Part shown: piece after piece, positions 18,289 to 28,586 of the stretch
Position numbering within the stretch: position 1 is the first letter of the stretch
Layout: every line of letters starts with the position of its first letter
Assembly: GCA_003250475.1 (NCBI GenBank)
Contig: QKGI01000064.1
Location: 1,629-65,628 of the forward strand
Reading direction: 5' to 3'
Length of the DNA: 64,000 nucleotides
Origin: Bacteroidota bacterium
Lineage (GTDB): Bacteria; Bacteroidota; Bacteroidia; Bacteroidales; VadinHA17
The notes under the pieces: generated by a model
Database searches by the model: none
Seen by the model: the letters and a program-made list of their open reading frames with translations, nothing else
Told to the model about the DNA's origin: nothing
Program-made: the position numbers and the translations under genes

Positions 18289-19191
18289 ATGAAGAAGACA
18301 TTTCAACTAGTAGCCGCAGCTGTAATCCTTGTTGCATTTTCATCATGCACGACTATGATCAGGATAGAGAGGACCTATCCTCCGGAGGCCGATCTTCCGT
18401 ACGATTCCAATAGTTTTGTGTTTGTCAATTTCTATGATTACCAGGTTCCCGACTTTATCAAAGACAGGCACAAAATTGCCTATACGGCTGCGGTAAAAGG
18501 ATATGCCGACGGCCTGGCCTCGATCATCAGGCAGGATCGCAGAGCTTCATTAATTGTTGATGACACTCTCAGGAAAGGATTTACTGTTATGTCTATGCAA
18601 TACCCTGATTTTGCGGACACCGTCAGGGCTATCTGCAGGAACCACGGGGCCGGCTTGCTTATTGCCCTTGATTCACTCAGCCTCTGGGTCGACTCAGAGT
18701 TCTATTTTGCCGAAAATGATGAGGGAGGAAGCATGATGGCAAAAGACTTCTATCTTTTTGTCAACAGCTACATGACGCTCTATTCCTCTGATGGTGCTGT
18801 CATAGACCGGTGTGCGGGTGAACTCTCTGATTATATTAAATCAAAATACACTGTCTTCGGGATGTTCGGCGGGCCTACTCTTGCCAGGATAAGCGACCGG
18901 GTAGCGGTACTTGCGGCTGGTGCTGCAAAAGACTGTATTGGCAAGTTCTACCCTTTCACCGACAGCTATACCGAGAAGCTTTATACCGGCGGCCCCCTAA
19001 ATAAACCTAACCAGAGTATATTTGAAGGTTATCCGGAGAGGGCGGTGGAACCCCTGAGACAACTGGCAGGATCTCCTTCGCCCTCCATTGCAAAAAAAGC
19101 ATCCTGGAATCTCAGGGTTGTCAATGACATTCTTGAGAACCGTAAATTATCGGACGAGATATGGAACAGGTTCTCGGGTACCGAACATTAA
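18289..19191 (+). CDS. Lipoprotein of unknown function
   Basis: Lipobox 'VAFSSCTT'. 300 aa, no recognisable catalytic motif. Confidence 0.5.
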   Translation: MKKTFQLVAAAVILVAFSSCTTMIRIERTYPPEADLPYDSNSFVFVNFYDYQVPDFIKDRHKIAYTAAVKGYADGLASIIRQDRRASLIVDDTLRKGFTVMSMQYPDFADTVRAICRNHGAGLLIALDSLSLWVDSEFYFAENDEGGSMMAKDFYLFVNSYMTLYSSDGAVIDRCAGELSDYIKSKYTVFGMFGGPTLARISDRVAVLAAGAAKDCIGKFYPFTDSYTEKLYTGGPLNKPNQSIFEGYPERAVEPLRQLAGSPSPSIAKKASWNLRVVNDILENRKLSDEIWNRFSGTEH

Positions 19192-19215
19192 CAGTGTCTC
19201 TGAAGAAATAACCTT

Positions 19216-21540
19216 TCAGTTGAACAGGGCCTCGGCAGGAACAGTCTCTCTCGCCATCCCGGGACCTTCCCAGCTCACATTAAGGCTCTGTCTGTAGAGC
19301 CTCTGGAAATATCTGATGCTGATCCGGTGAAGTCCCGATTTCATCGCCACTGGACCTTCATTAACAATGCCATGGTGCATCCTGTCACCGTCGACAATGA
19401 GTTCATCATCAATATAAAGAGCTACACCGTCGTCAGAGCCGGTGTAGAATGTATAGATCCCATCCTCAGGCACTTCAATGAATCCTTCCAGCAACAGTCC
19501 GTAGTTTGCTGCAGGAGCACCGGGAGGTATGCCTGCAGTGGGATTTATGCCCGTGGTGTCAGGTGTGCCCTGGATATCGTGGACGGAATCAAAGATCCCC
19601 TTAAAGAGACTGAACCTTATTCCCGGAAGCATAGTGTCAGGCTCCTGTGCCTCTTTGAACTCAGCCTTCCTGAAGATGCCCGACATGACCTGGCTCTTCC
19701 TGCCACCGGGCATCACGGTAACAGCCTTCAGCTGTCTCTCTTCCCGGAGGCCCAGTGCCAGCTGACCCTCATAAAGATCTGATCTCTCGTCAGGCTCGCT
19801 GCCGTCAAGGGTATAGTATATCCTTGATCCGGGAATGCCATTCGAGAGGCTGACGATGACCGTATCCTCTCCGGAGAGATTGACCGGCTTGAAACCTTCC
19901 GGATAGGGCACCCTGTACGGTATATCCATAGCATCATACCTTGCATACTGTTCGTTCATGCGTGCAGTAAAGCCGACAAAGTCAAGTGAAGCAAGGGGTG
20001 TCCACAGGGCTTCGGCCAGTGCTGCCAGCCTTGGGAATACCATATACATCACATGATCTTCATCAGCCATGTACTCTGTCCATACGTTTGCCTGTGCCCC
20101 GATGATATGACGCCTTTTATCCTCATCGATGTCAGATGGCATGATGTCTATCGAGTAGACCTTTTGCAGGTCAAGCATACCTCCTATAGCCAGCGGCTCA
20201 TTGTACTTCGACTGGTAGTAGTCGAGGTAGACGAAGGTATGAGGTGTCATCACCACATCATGACCCAGGTTTGCCGCCTGTATCCCACCGGCATGGCCTC
20301 TCCATGACATCACCGCAGCGTTATCTGCTATACCGCCTTCAAGGATCTCATCCCACCCTATTATCTTCTTTCCCTTTGTGGCAAGAAAAGCCTCTATACG
20401 CCTGATAAAATAACTCTGTAACTCATGCTCGTCCTTAAGGTTATTGTCAGCTATCCTCTTCTGGCAAAGGTCACATTCCTGCCACCTCACCTTGGGACAC
20501 TCATCACCGCCTATATGGATATATTCATAAGGGAACAGTTCCGCCACCTCCTCAAGCACTCCTGTCAGGAACTCAAATGTCTCCTCCTTTCCGGCACAGA
20601 ACACATCTTCTGACACTCCCCACCTGTTAAACGGTGTTATGGGGCCCCCGGTGCATGACAGTTCCGGATATGCCCTGAGGGCGGCAACGGCATGACCGGG
20701 CATCTCTATCTCAGGCAATACGTTGATATGCAGCCTTCCGGCATAGGCCACTACCTCGCGTATATCGTCCCGGGTATAGCAGCCGCCATATCTCAGGCCG
20801 TCATATACCCACGGTGTCTCACTGCCGTGACCTACAAGAGTCTCATCCCTCCAGGCAGCGGTCTCACTGAGCCCGGGATACCTCTCTATCTCTATCCTCC
20901 ATCCCTGATCATCGGTCAGATGCCAGTGAAAGGTGTTGAGCTTATGCATTGCCATGGCGTCAAGCATCCTGAAGATAAACTCCTTAGGAAAAAAATGTCT
21001 TGACACGTCAAGGTGCATTCCCCTCCATGCATACTGCGGAGCGTCACCTATTGACACGCAGGGCAGTGTTATCACTCCCCCTTTCTCTTTCTGCGACGGA
21101 AAGATAAGCTGCATCAGTGTCTGGAAGGCATAAAAGAGGCCTGCCTCACCCGAAGCCTCAATGATGACCGAGTCTTTCCGTATGAAGAGGTTATAGGCCT
21201 CGCTGCCGGAGAGGTGAGGGTCATGCCTGGCGATGATGACATTCCTGATGTCTCCTTCACCCGGCCCACCGACCTGTATCCTGCTGTAGCGGTCAGACAG
21301 AAAGCGGTTAAAGAACCCGGTCACATCCCCTCCAGTGGTGAAGAGGGTATCGATGATCAGTGCGGTTGAAGAGCTGAGGGGGAAACCTCCCTCCTCCTGC
21401 ACTAAGGAGACCGGTTCCGGTATCACTGAATAAGGACTCCAGCCTGTCTGTTTATCATCTGAACTGCATGATGAATTGGTCAGGAACAAGATGACCAGGC
21501 CAACAGCCATCATAGCTGCTGCAGGTGGGTAGTGTTTCAT
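19216..21540 (-). CDS. GH20 beta-N-acetylhexosaminidase with C-terminal PA14-like domain
   Basis: Lipobox 'TNSSCSS'. GH20 motifs 'NTFHWHLTDDQGWRIEI' and 'YIHIGGDECPK'. C-terminal 'GIYTFYTGSDDGVALYIDDELIVD' is PA14-like. Confidence 0.85.
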   Translation of the reverse strand: MKHYPPAAAMMAVGLVILFLTNSSCSSDDKQTGWSPYSVIPEPVSLVQEEGGFPLSSSTALIIDTLFTTGGDVTGFFNRFLSDRYSRIQVGGPGEGDIRNVIIARHDPHLSGSEAYNLFIRKDSVIIEASGEAGLFYAFQTLMQLIFPSQKEKGGVITLPCVSIGDAPQYAWRGMHLDVSRHFFPKEFIFRMLDAMAMHKLNTFHWHLTDDQGWRIEIERYPGLSETAAWRDETLVGHGSETPWVYDGLRYGGCYTRDDIREVVAYAGRLHINVLPEIEMPGHAVAALRAYPELSCTGGPITPFNRWGVSEDVFCAGKEETFEFLTGVLEEVAELFPYEYIHIGGDECPKVRWQECDLCQKRIADNNLKDEHELQSYFIRRIEAFLATKGKKIIGWDEILEGGIADNAAVMSWRGHAGGIQAANLGHDVVMTPHTFVYLDYYQSKYNEPLAIGGMLDLQKVYSIDIMPSDIDEDKRRHIIGAQANVWTEYMADEDHVMYMVFPRLAALAEALWTPLASLDFVGFTARMNEQYARYDAMDIPYRVPYPEGFKPVNLSGEDTVIVSLSNGIPGSRIYYTLDGSEPDERSDLYEGQLALGLREERQLKAVTVMPGGRKSQVMSGIFRKAEFKEAQEPDTMLPGIRFSLFKGIFDSVHDIQGTPDTTGINPTAGIPPGAPAANYGLLLEGFIEVPEDGIYTFYTGSDDGVALYIDDELIVDGDRMHHGIVNEGPVAMKSGLHRISIRYFQRLYRQSLNVSWEGPGMARETVPAEALFN

Positions 21541-21547
21541 TGTGTGC

Positions 21548-22681
21548 CTATACTTTAAGGAAGATTTTTTTACGATAGAGAAACCAGAGGAACAGCCATA
21601 CTACAGCAATATAACCGACAGCGCTTATAAAAGGCTGCACGGTGGCCGGCGACAGGTCGCTTATTCCTTTCAGGAAAAAGTCCCTGATCAGGTCAAACTT
21701 GAGAATCCTGAACTGAAGCACGTAGATGGTTATGGAATTCATTCCTATGACTGCAAAGAAGAAGGCCCATTTCCTCAATCTCCAGACATCAATCACCAGG
21801 TAGAAAATACCAAGGAGTATCAGGCTCCAGCCACCTGCGTAAAGGACGAAGGAGCTTGTCCACAGGTTTTTGTTGATCGGGAAGAAGAGGCCCCACAGCT
21901 TGCCCAGGAGCAGTCCGGCCACCCCGGCAGCAATTATTACCAGTGCCTTCTTCATTCCTGTCAGGCTTTTTGTCTCAAGGCGCAGCAGATGGCCTGCAAA
22001 GACACCGAGCAGGGCTGTTGACACGGCGGGGATTGTACTTAGTATACCCTCGGGGTCCATCACTCCCATGTAGAGGGTTCCCGGCATGAGCAGCCTGTCA
22101 ATGAAACCCGACAGGTTACCCTCGGGGGTGAGCACTCCGGCACCATATCCGGGGACAGGTACGAGGAGCATCAGCAGGCAATAGAGAACGAGCAGGCCCC
22201 AGAACCATACCACCTGCCATTTTATCCTGGAGTTGAGCACAATCATCGCAGCAGCAAACCATGCCACCCCGATCCTCCCCAGGACACTGGCAAACCGCAG
22301 GTTCTCTGGGTTGAGTTCAAGTATCCTGTTAACAAGCATGCCGAGGATCACAAGTATAATCATCCTTTTAAGGGCATGGAGAAAGATCTCTCTTTTTGTG
22401 GCTCCCCTGCTTTTTCTTGAGGCAAAGGAATAGGGCATGGACACCCCTGCCAGGAAGAGGAACAACGGAAAAATCATGTCATAGAATGCAAAACCATTCC
22501 ATTTGACATGATGCATCTGTTCATTCATCCATACGAATGCGGGCCATCCGGTTACTGTTGCAAAGGCAAAAATGAGCTTCTGCCCGCCGGTGATCCACAA
22601 CATGTCAAAGCCACGCAGGGCATCAAGGCTGTAGAGCCTTCCGGTATCATCAACCTTTTTGTCGGGTTTGTTCCCTTCCAT
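21548..22681 (-). CDS. DUF5009/HGSNAT-like polytopic membrane protein (putative transmembrane acyltransferase)
   Basis: 377 aa, about 10 TM segments. N-terminal 'RLYSLDALRGFDMLWITGG' is typical of the DUF5009/DUF1624 family related to heparan-alpha-glucosaminide N-acetyltransferase. Confidence 0.6.
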   Translation of the reverse strand: MEGNKPDKKVDDTGRLYSLDALRGFDMLWITGGQKLIFAFATVTGWPAFVWMNEQMHHVKWNGFAFYDMIFPLFLFLAGVSMPYSFASRKSRGATKREIFLHALKRMIILVILGMLVNRILELNPENLRFASVLGRIGVAWFAAAMIVLNSRIKWQVVWFWGLLVLYCLLMLLVPVPGYGAGVLTPEGNLSGFIDRLLMPGTLYMGVMDPEGILSTIPAVSTALLGVFAGHLLRLETKSLTGMKKALVIIAAGVAGLLLGKLWGLFFPINKNLWTSSFVLYAGGWSLILLGIFYLVIDVWRLRKWAFFFAVIGMNSITIYVLQFRILKFDLIRDFFLKGISDLSPATVQPFISAVGYIAVVWLFLWFLYRKKIFLKV

Positions 22682-22699
22682 AAATAGCTATCTGTTTTA

Positions 22700-23431
22700 T
22701 CAATGTATCTCAACACGGTTTATTATCACCTCTGTCTCACGGCCGTCAGAAGGGGGTGTTCCCCTGAAAAGCCACAGGTTGATCTTGAGCCTCTCATCTC
22801 TGTCAGGCGGAATATCGTTGCCGGTATATCTCCAGCGGGCAATGATATCGGTCTCTTTATCCGGCTTAAGCCTGTGGCCGTGATAACTTGCAAAATCTAT
22901 TCTTTTCTTCTTCCAGTCGATAATATGTGTCGTATAGTTTCCCTCCAGGTTCATCCTGAACCTTACCCTGTTCCCCGGTTGTGAAGGCTGTATGACATAC
23001 TGTGCCTCCTGGTTGTTATCAATACCCCATCGTGAGAACTCAATATCTATCTCCTCATCATCATTACGGTAGGTATAGAGTCCCCATACTACCTGCCTGT
23101 CAAGGTTGTCGGGCCTTGACGACACAAAGAAGACATACCTGTTGTAGCCATATGATTTTGCCATCTCAACCCTGGCGCAGTTCCAGCGTCCATCGCGGAA
23201 GGTTATCTTCAGGTGCAGCTTTCCCTCACCGTCCACCCACACGTTATCTTCTGAGTCAGAGAAATAATTCGGGCCCGGACCGCCTTTTCTGTCGCCTGTT
23301 GAAGAGACTATCCAGTCATATCCCGAGAACCTTATTATCCTGGCTCCTTCAGGTATGATACCCCCGGGTTCTTTCCCGGGGCATCCCTGGAAAATAAACA
23401 ACAGTGATATGAGTAATATTTTGCTCATCAA
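22700..23431 (-). CDS. Concanavalin-A-like/GH16-like secreted protein
   Basis: Lipobox-like 'IFQGCPG'. 'NDDEEIDIEFSRWG' fits the GH16 ExDxE catalytic pattern. Beta-sandwich-type composition. Confidence 0.5.
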   Translation of the reverse strand: MMSKILLISLLFIFQGCPGKEPGGIIPEGARIIRFSGYDWIVSSTGDRKGGPGPNYFSDSEDNVWVDGEGKLHLKITFRDGRWNCARVEMAKSYGYNRYVFFVSSRPDNLDRQVVWGLYTYRNDDEEIDIEFSRWGIDNNQEAQYVIQPSQPGNRVRFRMNLEGNYTTHIIDWKKKRIDFASYHGHRLKPDKETDIIARWRYTGNDIPPDRDERLKINLWLFRGTPPSDGRETEVIINRVEIH

Positions 23432-23455
23432 GCATGACCCTGAGGTGATCCTCTC

Positions 23456-24619
23456 TTATTTCATTTCAAATACCGTCTCCCCGGCTTTTATTGTCCTTAC
23501 CACTTTCAGACTGCAATTCTCCTTCTTAAGAATTACCAGGTCCGCCACTGCGCCGGGTGCAGGAAACATCTCTCCCGGTAGCCCTGCAAAATGATACGGA
23601 CGTTTTCCAGCCATATCAAGGGCCTCTGCCAGGGACACCAGGCCCTTTGCTGCCAGCGTGCTCACACAGTGCAGCAATGAAAGCCCTGACCCGGCAAGCA
23701 CCTCCGGGTTGCCTTTCAGGTGCAGTTTGCCTGCTTCCGTCACTGTCACCTCCCCTCCTATATGTGTTGAGTAATCCCCGGGAGGCATGCCCGTGAAGTT
23801 GGTGGAGTCACTGACAAGCATTGTCCTGCCGGGCTTCATTCTTATGAAAACCTTCATCACGGAATCAGGCAGGTGAAACCCGTCGGCAATAAATGTGGCA
23901 TACAGCTCATCGGCAGCCAGCTGTTCCCATAAATAATTCCTGTGCCTTGGCAGCATCTGGTGTGAACCGTTACCGAGGTGTGTTGAGAGTGTTGCTCCTG
24001 CCATGACAGCCTCCCTGATCATCTCAGGTGATGCCGCGGTATGGCCTATAGCTGTTATCACCCCGCTGCCCGATGCCTGCCTGATAAAATCCACTGCCCC
24101 GGGCCACTCGGGAGAGAGGGTGGTAATCCTGATGATACCCCCGCATGCCTGCTGCCATTCAGAAAAGAGCTCCCAGTCCGGTGGCCGTGTATATTCGCGC
24201 GGGTGAGCTCCCCTGGCGCCATCCTCCGCTGATATGAAAGGACCTTCAAGATGAATGCCACCGACAGCGCCTGCTGCCTCCGGGTAGATACGGCAGGCTT
24301 CGGCTATCGCCTTCACTGACCTGAGGATGTTATCTGCACTGTTGGTGATGAGGGTGGGAAAGAATGTCGTCACCCCCTCGCTACGTAGTTTGATGGAGAT
24401 GTCCCTTACTGTTGATGGAAGAAGTGGCACGGTATTCAGATCATGACCCGCATATCCGTTAACCTGAAGGTCGGTCAGCCCGGGAGCGATTATGTATCCT
24501 GCATCGCTCCCCCGTTGGGCCTCCTCCGTACCGGTAATATATCCCCCCCTGATGGTCACCCTGACCGGTGTCCCGGTGAGATAGTGGCTTCCTGTGATAG
24601 TGTGATCGTCCTTTACCAT
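23456..24619 (-). CDS. nagA: N-acetylglucosamine-6-phosphate deacetylase
   Basis: 'GLTDLQVNGYAGHD', 'GIHLEGPFIS', 'IGHTAASPE', 'THLGNG' are NagA amidohydrolase motifs. Confidence 0.85.
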   Translation of the reverse strand: MVKDDHTITGSHYLTGTPVRVTIRGGYITGTEEAQRGSDAGYIIAPGLTDLQVNGYAGHDLNTVPLLPSTVRDISIKLRSEGVTTFFPTLITNSADNILRSVKAIAEACRIYPEAAGAVGGIHLEGPFISAEDGARGAHPREYTRPPDWELFSEWQQACGGIIRITTLSPEWPGAVDFIRQASGSGVITAIGHTAASPEMIREAVMAGATLSTHLGNGSHQMLPRHRNYLWEQLAADELYATFIADGFHLPDSVMKVFIRMKPGRTMLVSDSTNFTGMPPGDYSTHIGGEVTVTEAGKLHLKGNPEVLAGSGLSLLHCVSTLAAKGLVSLAEALDMAGKRPYHFAGLPGEMFPAPGAVADLVILKKENCSLKVVRTIKAGETVFEMK

Positions 24620-24631
24620 GCCTTACCCGGC

Positions 24632-26101
24632 TTATTTACTCTTCAAAGAGTTCAAAAGGGTATTGACTCTTTCAGGCACCTGTCTCCTGCTAAGCAATCC
24701 TGCTGCAATATACAATAATAATGAAGTAAACAGGGGCACTCCAACCTCCAGGGCCAGCGAAGCGCCGGGAATTATCTTCACAATAATGAATCCGGCTATC
24801 CCTGCGACAATGGAGACGACAGCGACCTTGCTGTCACACCTGCGGAACGCCGGGAGCAGCCCCAGTATCATTGGTATGGCTATCGGCCCGAGGAGTGCTG
24901 CGAACCATGAGACGATAAGGCCGAAGACCCCGCCGAAACTCTTGGCGTTGACAGCAATAATAATTGTTAGCACAGTGAAGGAGAAGGTCGATATCCTTGC
25001 ATACAACAGTACTCTTTTCTTACTGTATCCGGAAAAGCCTTTTATGAAGCGCGGAAGGATGTCACGTGTGATCACCGCGGAGATGGTGTTGGCATCCGAG
25101 GAGGTCATCGACAGCGTATTGGTAAACAGTGAAGCCATCACCAGCCCGACAAGGCCTGCAGGAAGGAATTTTATTGCCAGCAGTCCGTATGAACGTGTCG
25201 GATCTTCAAGCCCGGGGAGGAACAGAGGCGCCGCGAACATGGGGAAAAAGAGGACGATGGGCCACAGGAGATATAGTATTGAGGAGAGTGTCGCTGCCTT
25301 TCGTGCCACACTGCCCGAGGAAGAGGCTATGAAACGTGTTGCCAGGTGCCAGGTGCCACCGCTGTAACTGAAGAAGTCTATTATCACCATGGCTATCAGG
25401 AACTGCCATGTGTAGGGGTCGCTGAAGGCAGCTGCATGTGTGTCGGGAAGGCGCTGCCACATAGTCAGGAAACCTGCTGCACCGTCACCCAGGTTGACAA
25501 GGACAATAACAAACATGGTAATACCGGCCACCAGCTGTACGAGAAACTGGGCAAAGTCATTTACCACATCAGCCCACAGACCTCCCAGCGTGCTGTATAT
25601 CAGCGATACAGAGCCGGCAAGCAGGATGCCTGTCAGGAATGAGGTGCCTGCAAAGATGTTGAGCAGGATAGCTATAGCAGCCCATTTGGCTCCCACATCA
25701 AAAATCTTTATGATGACACCTGACCAGGCTATCAACTGCTGTGTGTTGAGATTATAGCGGGTAAGGAGGTATTCGGTGGGCGACTGTATACCTGTTGCTA
25801 TCCTCAGGCGTGCCCAGCGGGGAGCCACCAGGTGCGCTCCCAGGAAAGTAGCCGCGGCAACAGCACAGGCCCACCATACATATATCGTCAGCCCGTGGGT
25901 ATAGGCTATCCCGGCATAGGCAACAAATACGGCTCCACTGTAACCTGAAACATGGTGTGATACCCCGGAAAGCCACCAGGGTAACCTGCCGCCGGCGGTG
26001 AAAAAATCGGCGGAATTCTTTACCCTGCGGTAAGCCCAGAAGCCTATCGAAATGAGAAACAGAAAATAGAATGTCAGGACGACCCAATCAATAAACTGCA
26101 T
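24632..26101 (-). CDS. Sodium:solute symporter (SSS family)
   Basis: 489 aa, 12-13 TM segments. N-terminal 'FFTAGGRLPWWLSGVSHHVSGYSG' is SSS-like. Embedded in an amino-sugar cluster. Confidence 0.7.
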   Translation of the reverse strand: MQFIDWVVLTFYFLFLISIGFWAYRRVKNSADFFTAGGRLPWWLSGVSHHVSGYSGAVFVAYAGIAYTHGLTIYVWWACAVAAATFLGAHLVAPRWARLRIATGIQSPTEYLLTRYNLNTQQLIAWSGVIIKIFDVGAKWAAIAILLNIFAGTSFLTGILLAGSVSLIYSTLGGLWADVVNDFAQFLVQLVAGITMFVIVLVNLGDGAAGFLTMWQRLPDTHAAAFSDPYTWQFLIAMVIIDFFSYSGGTWHLATRFIASSSGSVARKAATLSSILYLLWPIVLFFPMFAAPLFLPGLEDPTRSYGLLAIKFLPAGLVGLVMASLFTNTLSMTSSDANTISAVITRDILPRFIKGFSGYSKKRVLLYARISTFSFTVLTIIIAVNAKSFGGVFGLIVSWFAALLGPIAIPMILGLLPAFRRCDSKVAVVSIVAGIAGFIIVKIIPGASLALEVGVPLFTSLLLYIAAGLLSRRQVPERVNTLLNSLKSK

Positions 26102-26111
26102 ATCCGTGTTG

Positions 26112-26960
26112 TTATCTGTTTGTTTTATTTACAAGCGAGAGCCAGGCTGCAGCGTACCTCCTGCCCATAGTCCTCTGCGAGGTGCCGTCAAAGTGCACAT
26201 TATCATCCTTAGGCGTTGTGCCGAATGAACGGACAACTATCATATGAGGATCCTCATTGGCTATCTCATGCATAATATCATTTATCTGAAGGTACTCCAG
26301 GCGGTTCTTCTCCACGCCCGGGAAGAGGCCCAGCTCTCCTGCAACAACAGGCAGCCCGGCATCACCTGCCACCTCCCTGAAATAGTTGAAGAGTGCAACA
26401 GTGTTGGCTTTGAAGAAAGGGATCTTTTCAGCGGTGGCATCAGATTCACCCTGGTGCCATATGATGCCTTTAACAGTGCCGTAAGATTGTGCCCACTGAA
26501 GCTTCTCCCTGAGATTGCTTTTCAGTCTTACCCCGTTGTACAGAGAGTCACTGAGCCAGTTTTCAGTTGAGCTGCCACCGACGGCACAAGGTATCAGTCC
26601 GATATAAATATCCTCACCCAGATACCCGATCAGTGCCTTTGCAAATGCCAGTCCCGGACCCAGTCCGGTAAGTGCAGGCTGGTACAATTGCAGGGGCTCC
26701 TTGGCTATTGCCCACCGCATATCAGGAGTGACTGAGAAGATGCGGGGATCAGGTATGGTATCAGCTGGCTCCACAAGACCCCTGCCCGCCATATTGGACT
26801 GCCCGGCAAGGACAAACAGCCACACCCTGTCTGCAGGTGGCATCTCACTGACATAATCCCTGGCACGGGGGAAAAATGCCGTGCGGACATCCTGTGCCGG
26901 TAGTGTGACAGTGCCGGAAAGCAGGGTCAGCAGAAGAAAAAAACCGATCCGTACGCCCAT
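26112..26960 (-). CDS. Sialate O-acetylesterase-like (SASA/DUF303) carbohydrate esterase
   Basis: 'VLAGQSNMAGRG' nucleophile motif and 'IIWHQGESD'. I chose the internal Met (MGVRIGFFLLL, a signal peptide), which removes the overlap with the upstream gene. Confidence 0.7.
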   Translation of the reverse strand: MGVRIGFFLLLTLLSGTVTLPAQDVRTAFFPRARDYVSEMPPADRVWLFVLAGQSNMAGRGLVEPADTIPDPRIFSVTPDMRWAIAKEPLQLYQPALTGLGPGLAFAKALIGYLGEDIYIGLIPCAVGGSSTENWLSDSLYNGVRLKSNLREKLQWAQSYGTVKGIIWHQGESDATAEKIPFFKANTVALFNYFREVAGDAGLPVVAGELGLFPGVEKNRLEYLQINDIMHEIANEDPHMIVVRSFGTTPKDDNVHFDGTSQRTMGRRYAAAWLSLVNKTNR

Positions 26961-26961
26961 A

Positions 26962-28566
26962 TCATAAATTTCTGTCACCGGTGAGCCTTGCATGAAGCAG
27001 CACCAGCTTCCTGTTCCGGATCATGTTCTGTTGTGCTATCTCGGTGTCATACAGAAAGCCTTTATTGAGCCGTGCAAATCTTTTATCCAGCTGCCGTGAT
27101 TCCCTGATGAGTTTTTCAAGGTCCGCTGCCAGGCTCTCTTTATCGTTAACTGAAAACCCGGGATCATTGAACCTTGTTTCGGCCTCCCTGAAGGCCAGGT
27201 AGTGGTCCCTGAGATCAAGCATGAGCCTCAGGTGCTCAAACTCATTGATATTGCTTTTGGCCTTAAGATTATTCATCTTTCTGACAGCCGCTGTCACTGT
27301 CTCTCTCATTGCCGTTATCGACGGCGATGCAGCCGGTTTGCCGTTTATGATGAGCTCCGGCGGAATTGTGAGTATCTCCCACAGCATCTCCCCTTCTGCT
27401 TCAGTGAGTCCGAACCGTTCGCCGGCATACCTCACCACAAATGCGTGGGGATCAACAGGGGCATCCTGTTTAAGTGCTTCAGCATAAGAAGCAAGGAGTA
27501 TCCTGAAACCTGACAGCGGGTAGGTGTTCCGGATCTGCTCCATATCCATCACCTCGTAGTTAACATCCCATGTGAACCCGTAAAGACCTGAGGTAGACCA
27601 TGATGTCATCACTATGCCGGTATACCCTGCCTGCCTGGCATAGGGAATGAAATCGCGCTGGTTGTTGAAATGTTTCTCCCAGCAGGTGACATAGGCATTG
27701 TCAGGATGGCTCCTGAGAGAGGGAGAGCCCCAGAACTGCCATCCCTGTTCCTGCAGCGCTGCGATATCGCCAAAATAGTTTGTCTTCCATCCGTAGTTCC
27801 AGTCGACAAAGATGGTCTCCGCGGGCAGCTCCTCTGCAGCCTCGGGGTACTTGAGAAGAATGTCCGCCCACATCACCGGTTTCTTGCCGAGGCTGATGAC
27901 AATGTCACACATCATCTTCATATAATCGACGAAGAGTTTCGACTTGCCTTCGGTTGCAGCCTTGAGGGCACATTCGGGGCAATGGCCAAGAAGATAGGTC
28001 TCATCACCTCCGATATGGATATAGTCAGAGTTATGCATCGCGGCCATATCGGCGAAGAGGTCGGCAAACAGCAGGCTATCCTCCTGCACCTTCAGAGGAC
28101 AGAGCTGAGAGATATCCTTGCGGTCTTCCCTCATCGCACTGTACCTGTCGTGCCGCAGTATATACTCTACATGCCCGAAGCACTGCTGCAGGGGAATGAC
28201 ATCTATTCCCTTTGCCTTGCAGTAGTCGATGAATGAAGCGACCTCCTCCCTGGTATATGCCAGTTTGTTTGTTATTGTTGCATTATTGAGATAAGGGTAT
28301 GATGCCTCCCACTCCATGACAAGGGTGTTGATACCCAGTCCTGCCAGGTCATCTGCAAGCGCCCTGAGAGCATCCATCGTCATCACCTGGATACGGAGAT
28401 CAACATGAAATCCTCTTACTGCAAATGAGTTGTCAGCGTTCCGGGGAACAGGGTTTTCCGTTACAGCTTCCGATGGTGCATTTCTGCACCCGGTGAGGAT
28501 AAGCATCACCGCTGCCAGGAGCAGCATTGCCTTTCTGGTTTTGTCAGTCATCAACATCAGGTTCAT
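26962..28566 (-). CDS. GH20-like glycoside hydrolase (catalytic TIM-barrel type), lipoprotein
   Basis: Lipobox 'LILTGCRN'. 'RGFHVDLRIQVMT', 'GINTLVMEWE', 'YIHIGGDETY' (GH20 D-E pair). Confidence 0.65.
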   Translation of the reverse strand: MNLMLMTDKTRKAMLLLAAVMLILTGCRNAPSEAVTENPVPRNADNSFAVRGFHVDLRIQVMTMDALRALADDLAGLGINTLVMEWEASYPYLNNATITNKLAYTREEVASFIDYCKAKGIDVIPLQQCFGHVEYILRHDRYSAMREDRKDISQLCPLKVQEDSLLFADLFADMAAMHNSDYIHIGGDETYLLGHCPECALKAATEGKSKLFVDYMKMMCDIVISLGKKPVMWADILLKYPEAAEELPAETIFVDWNYGWKTNYFGDIAALQEQGWQFWGSPSLRSHPDNAYVTCWEKHFNNQRDFIPYARQAGYTGIVMTSWSTSGLYGFTWDVNYEVMDMEQIRNTYPLSGFRILLASYAEALKQDAPVDPHAFVVRYAGERFGLTEAEGEMLWEILTIPPELIINGKPAASPSITAMRETVTAAVRKMNNLKAKSNINEFEHLRLMLDLRDHYLAFREAETRFNDPGFSVNDKESLAADLEKLIRESRQLDKRFARLNKGFLYDTEIAQQNMIRNRKLVLLHARLTGDRNL

Positions 28567-28586
28567 TGTCCCGTCTTTTTAATCTG

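Noticed and set aside
26961-26993. 32-nt overlap between the esterase gene and the upstream GH20-like gene
   Set aside because: The overlap disappears if the esterase starts at the internal Met (MGVRIGFFLLL...), which also gives a proper signal peptide. The same logic was applied to SusD (33551), apbE (59761), yqgE (56848), the hydrolase (51144), the porin (41005) and the FadL-like gene (38403).
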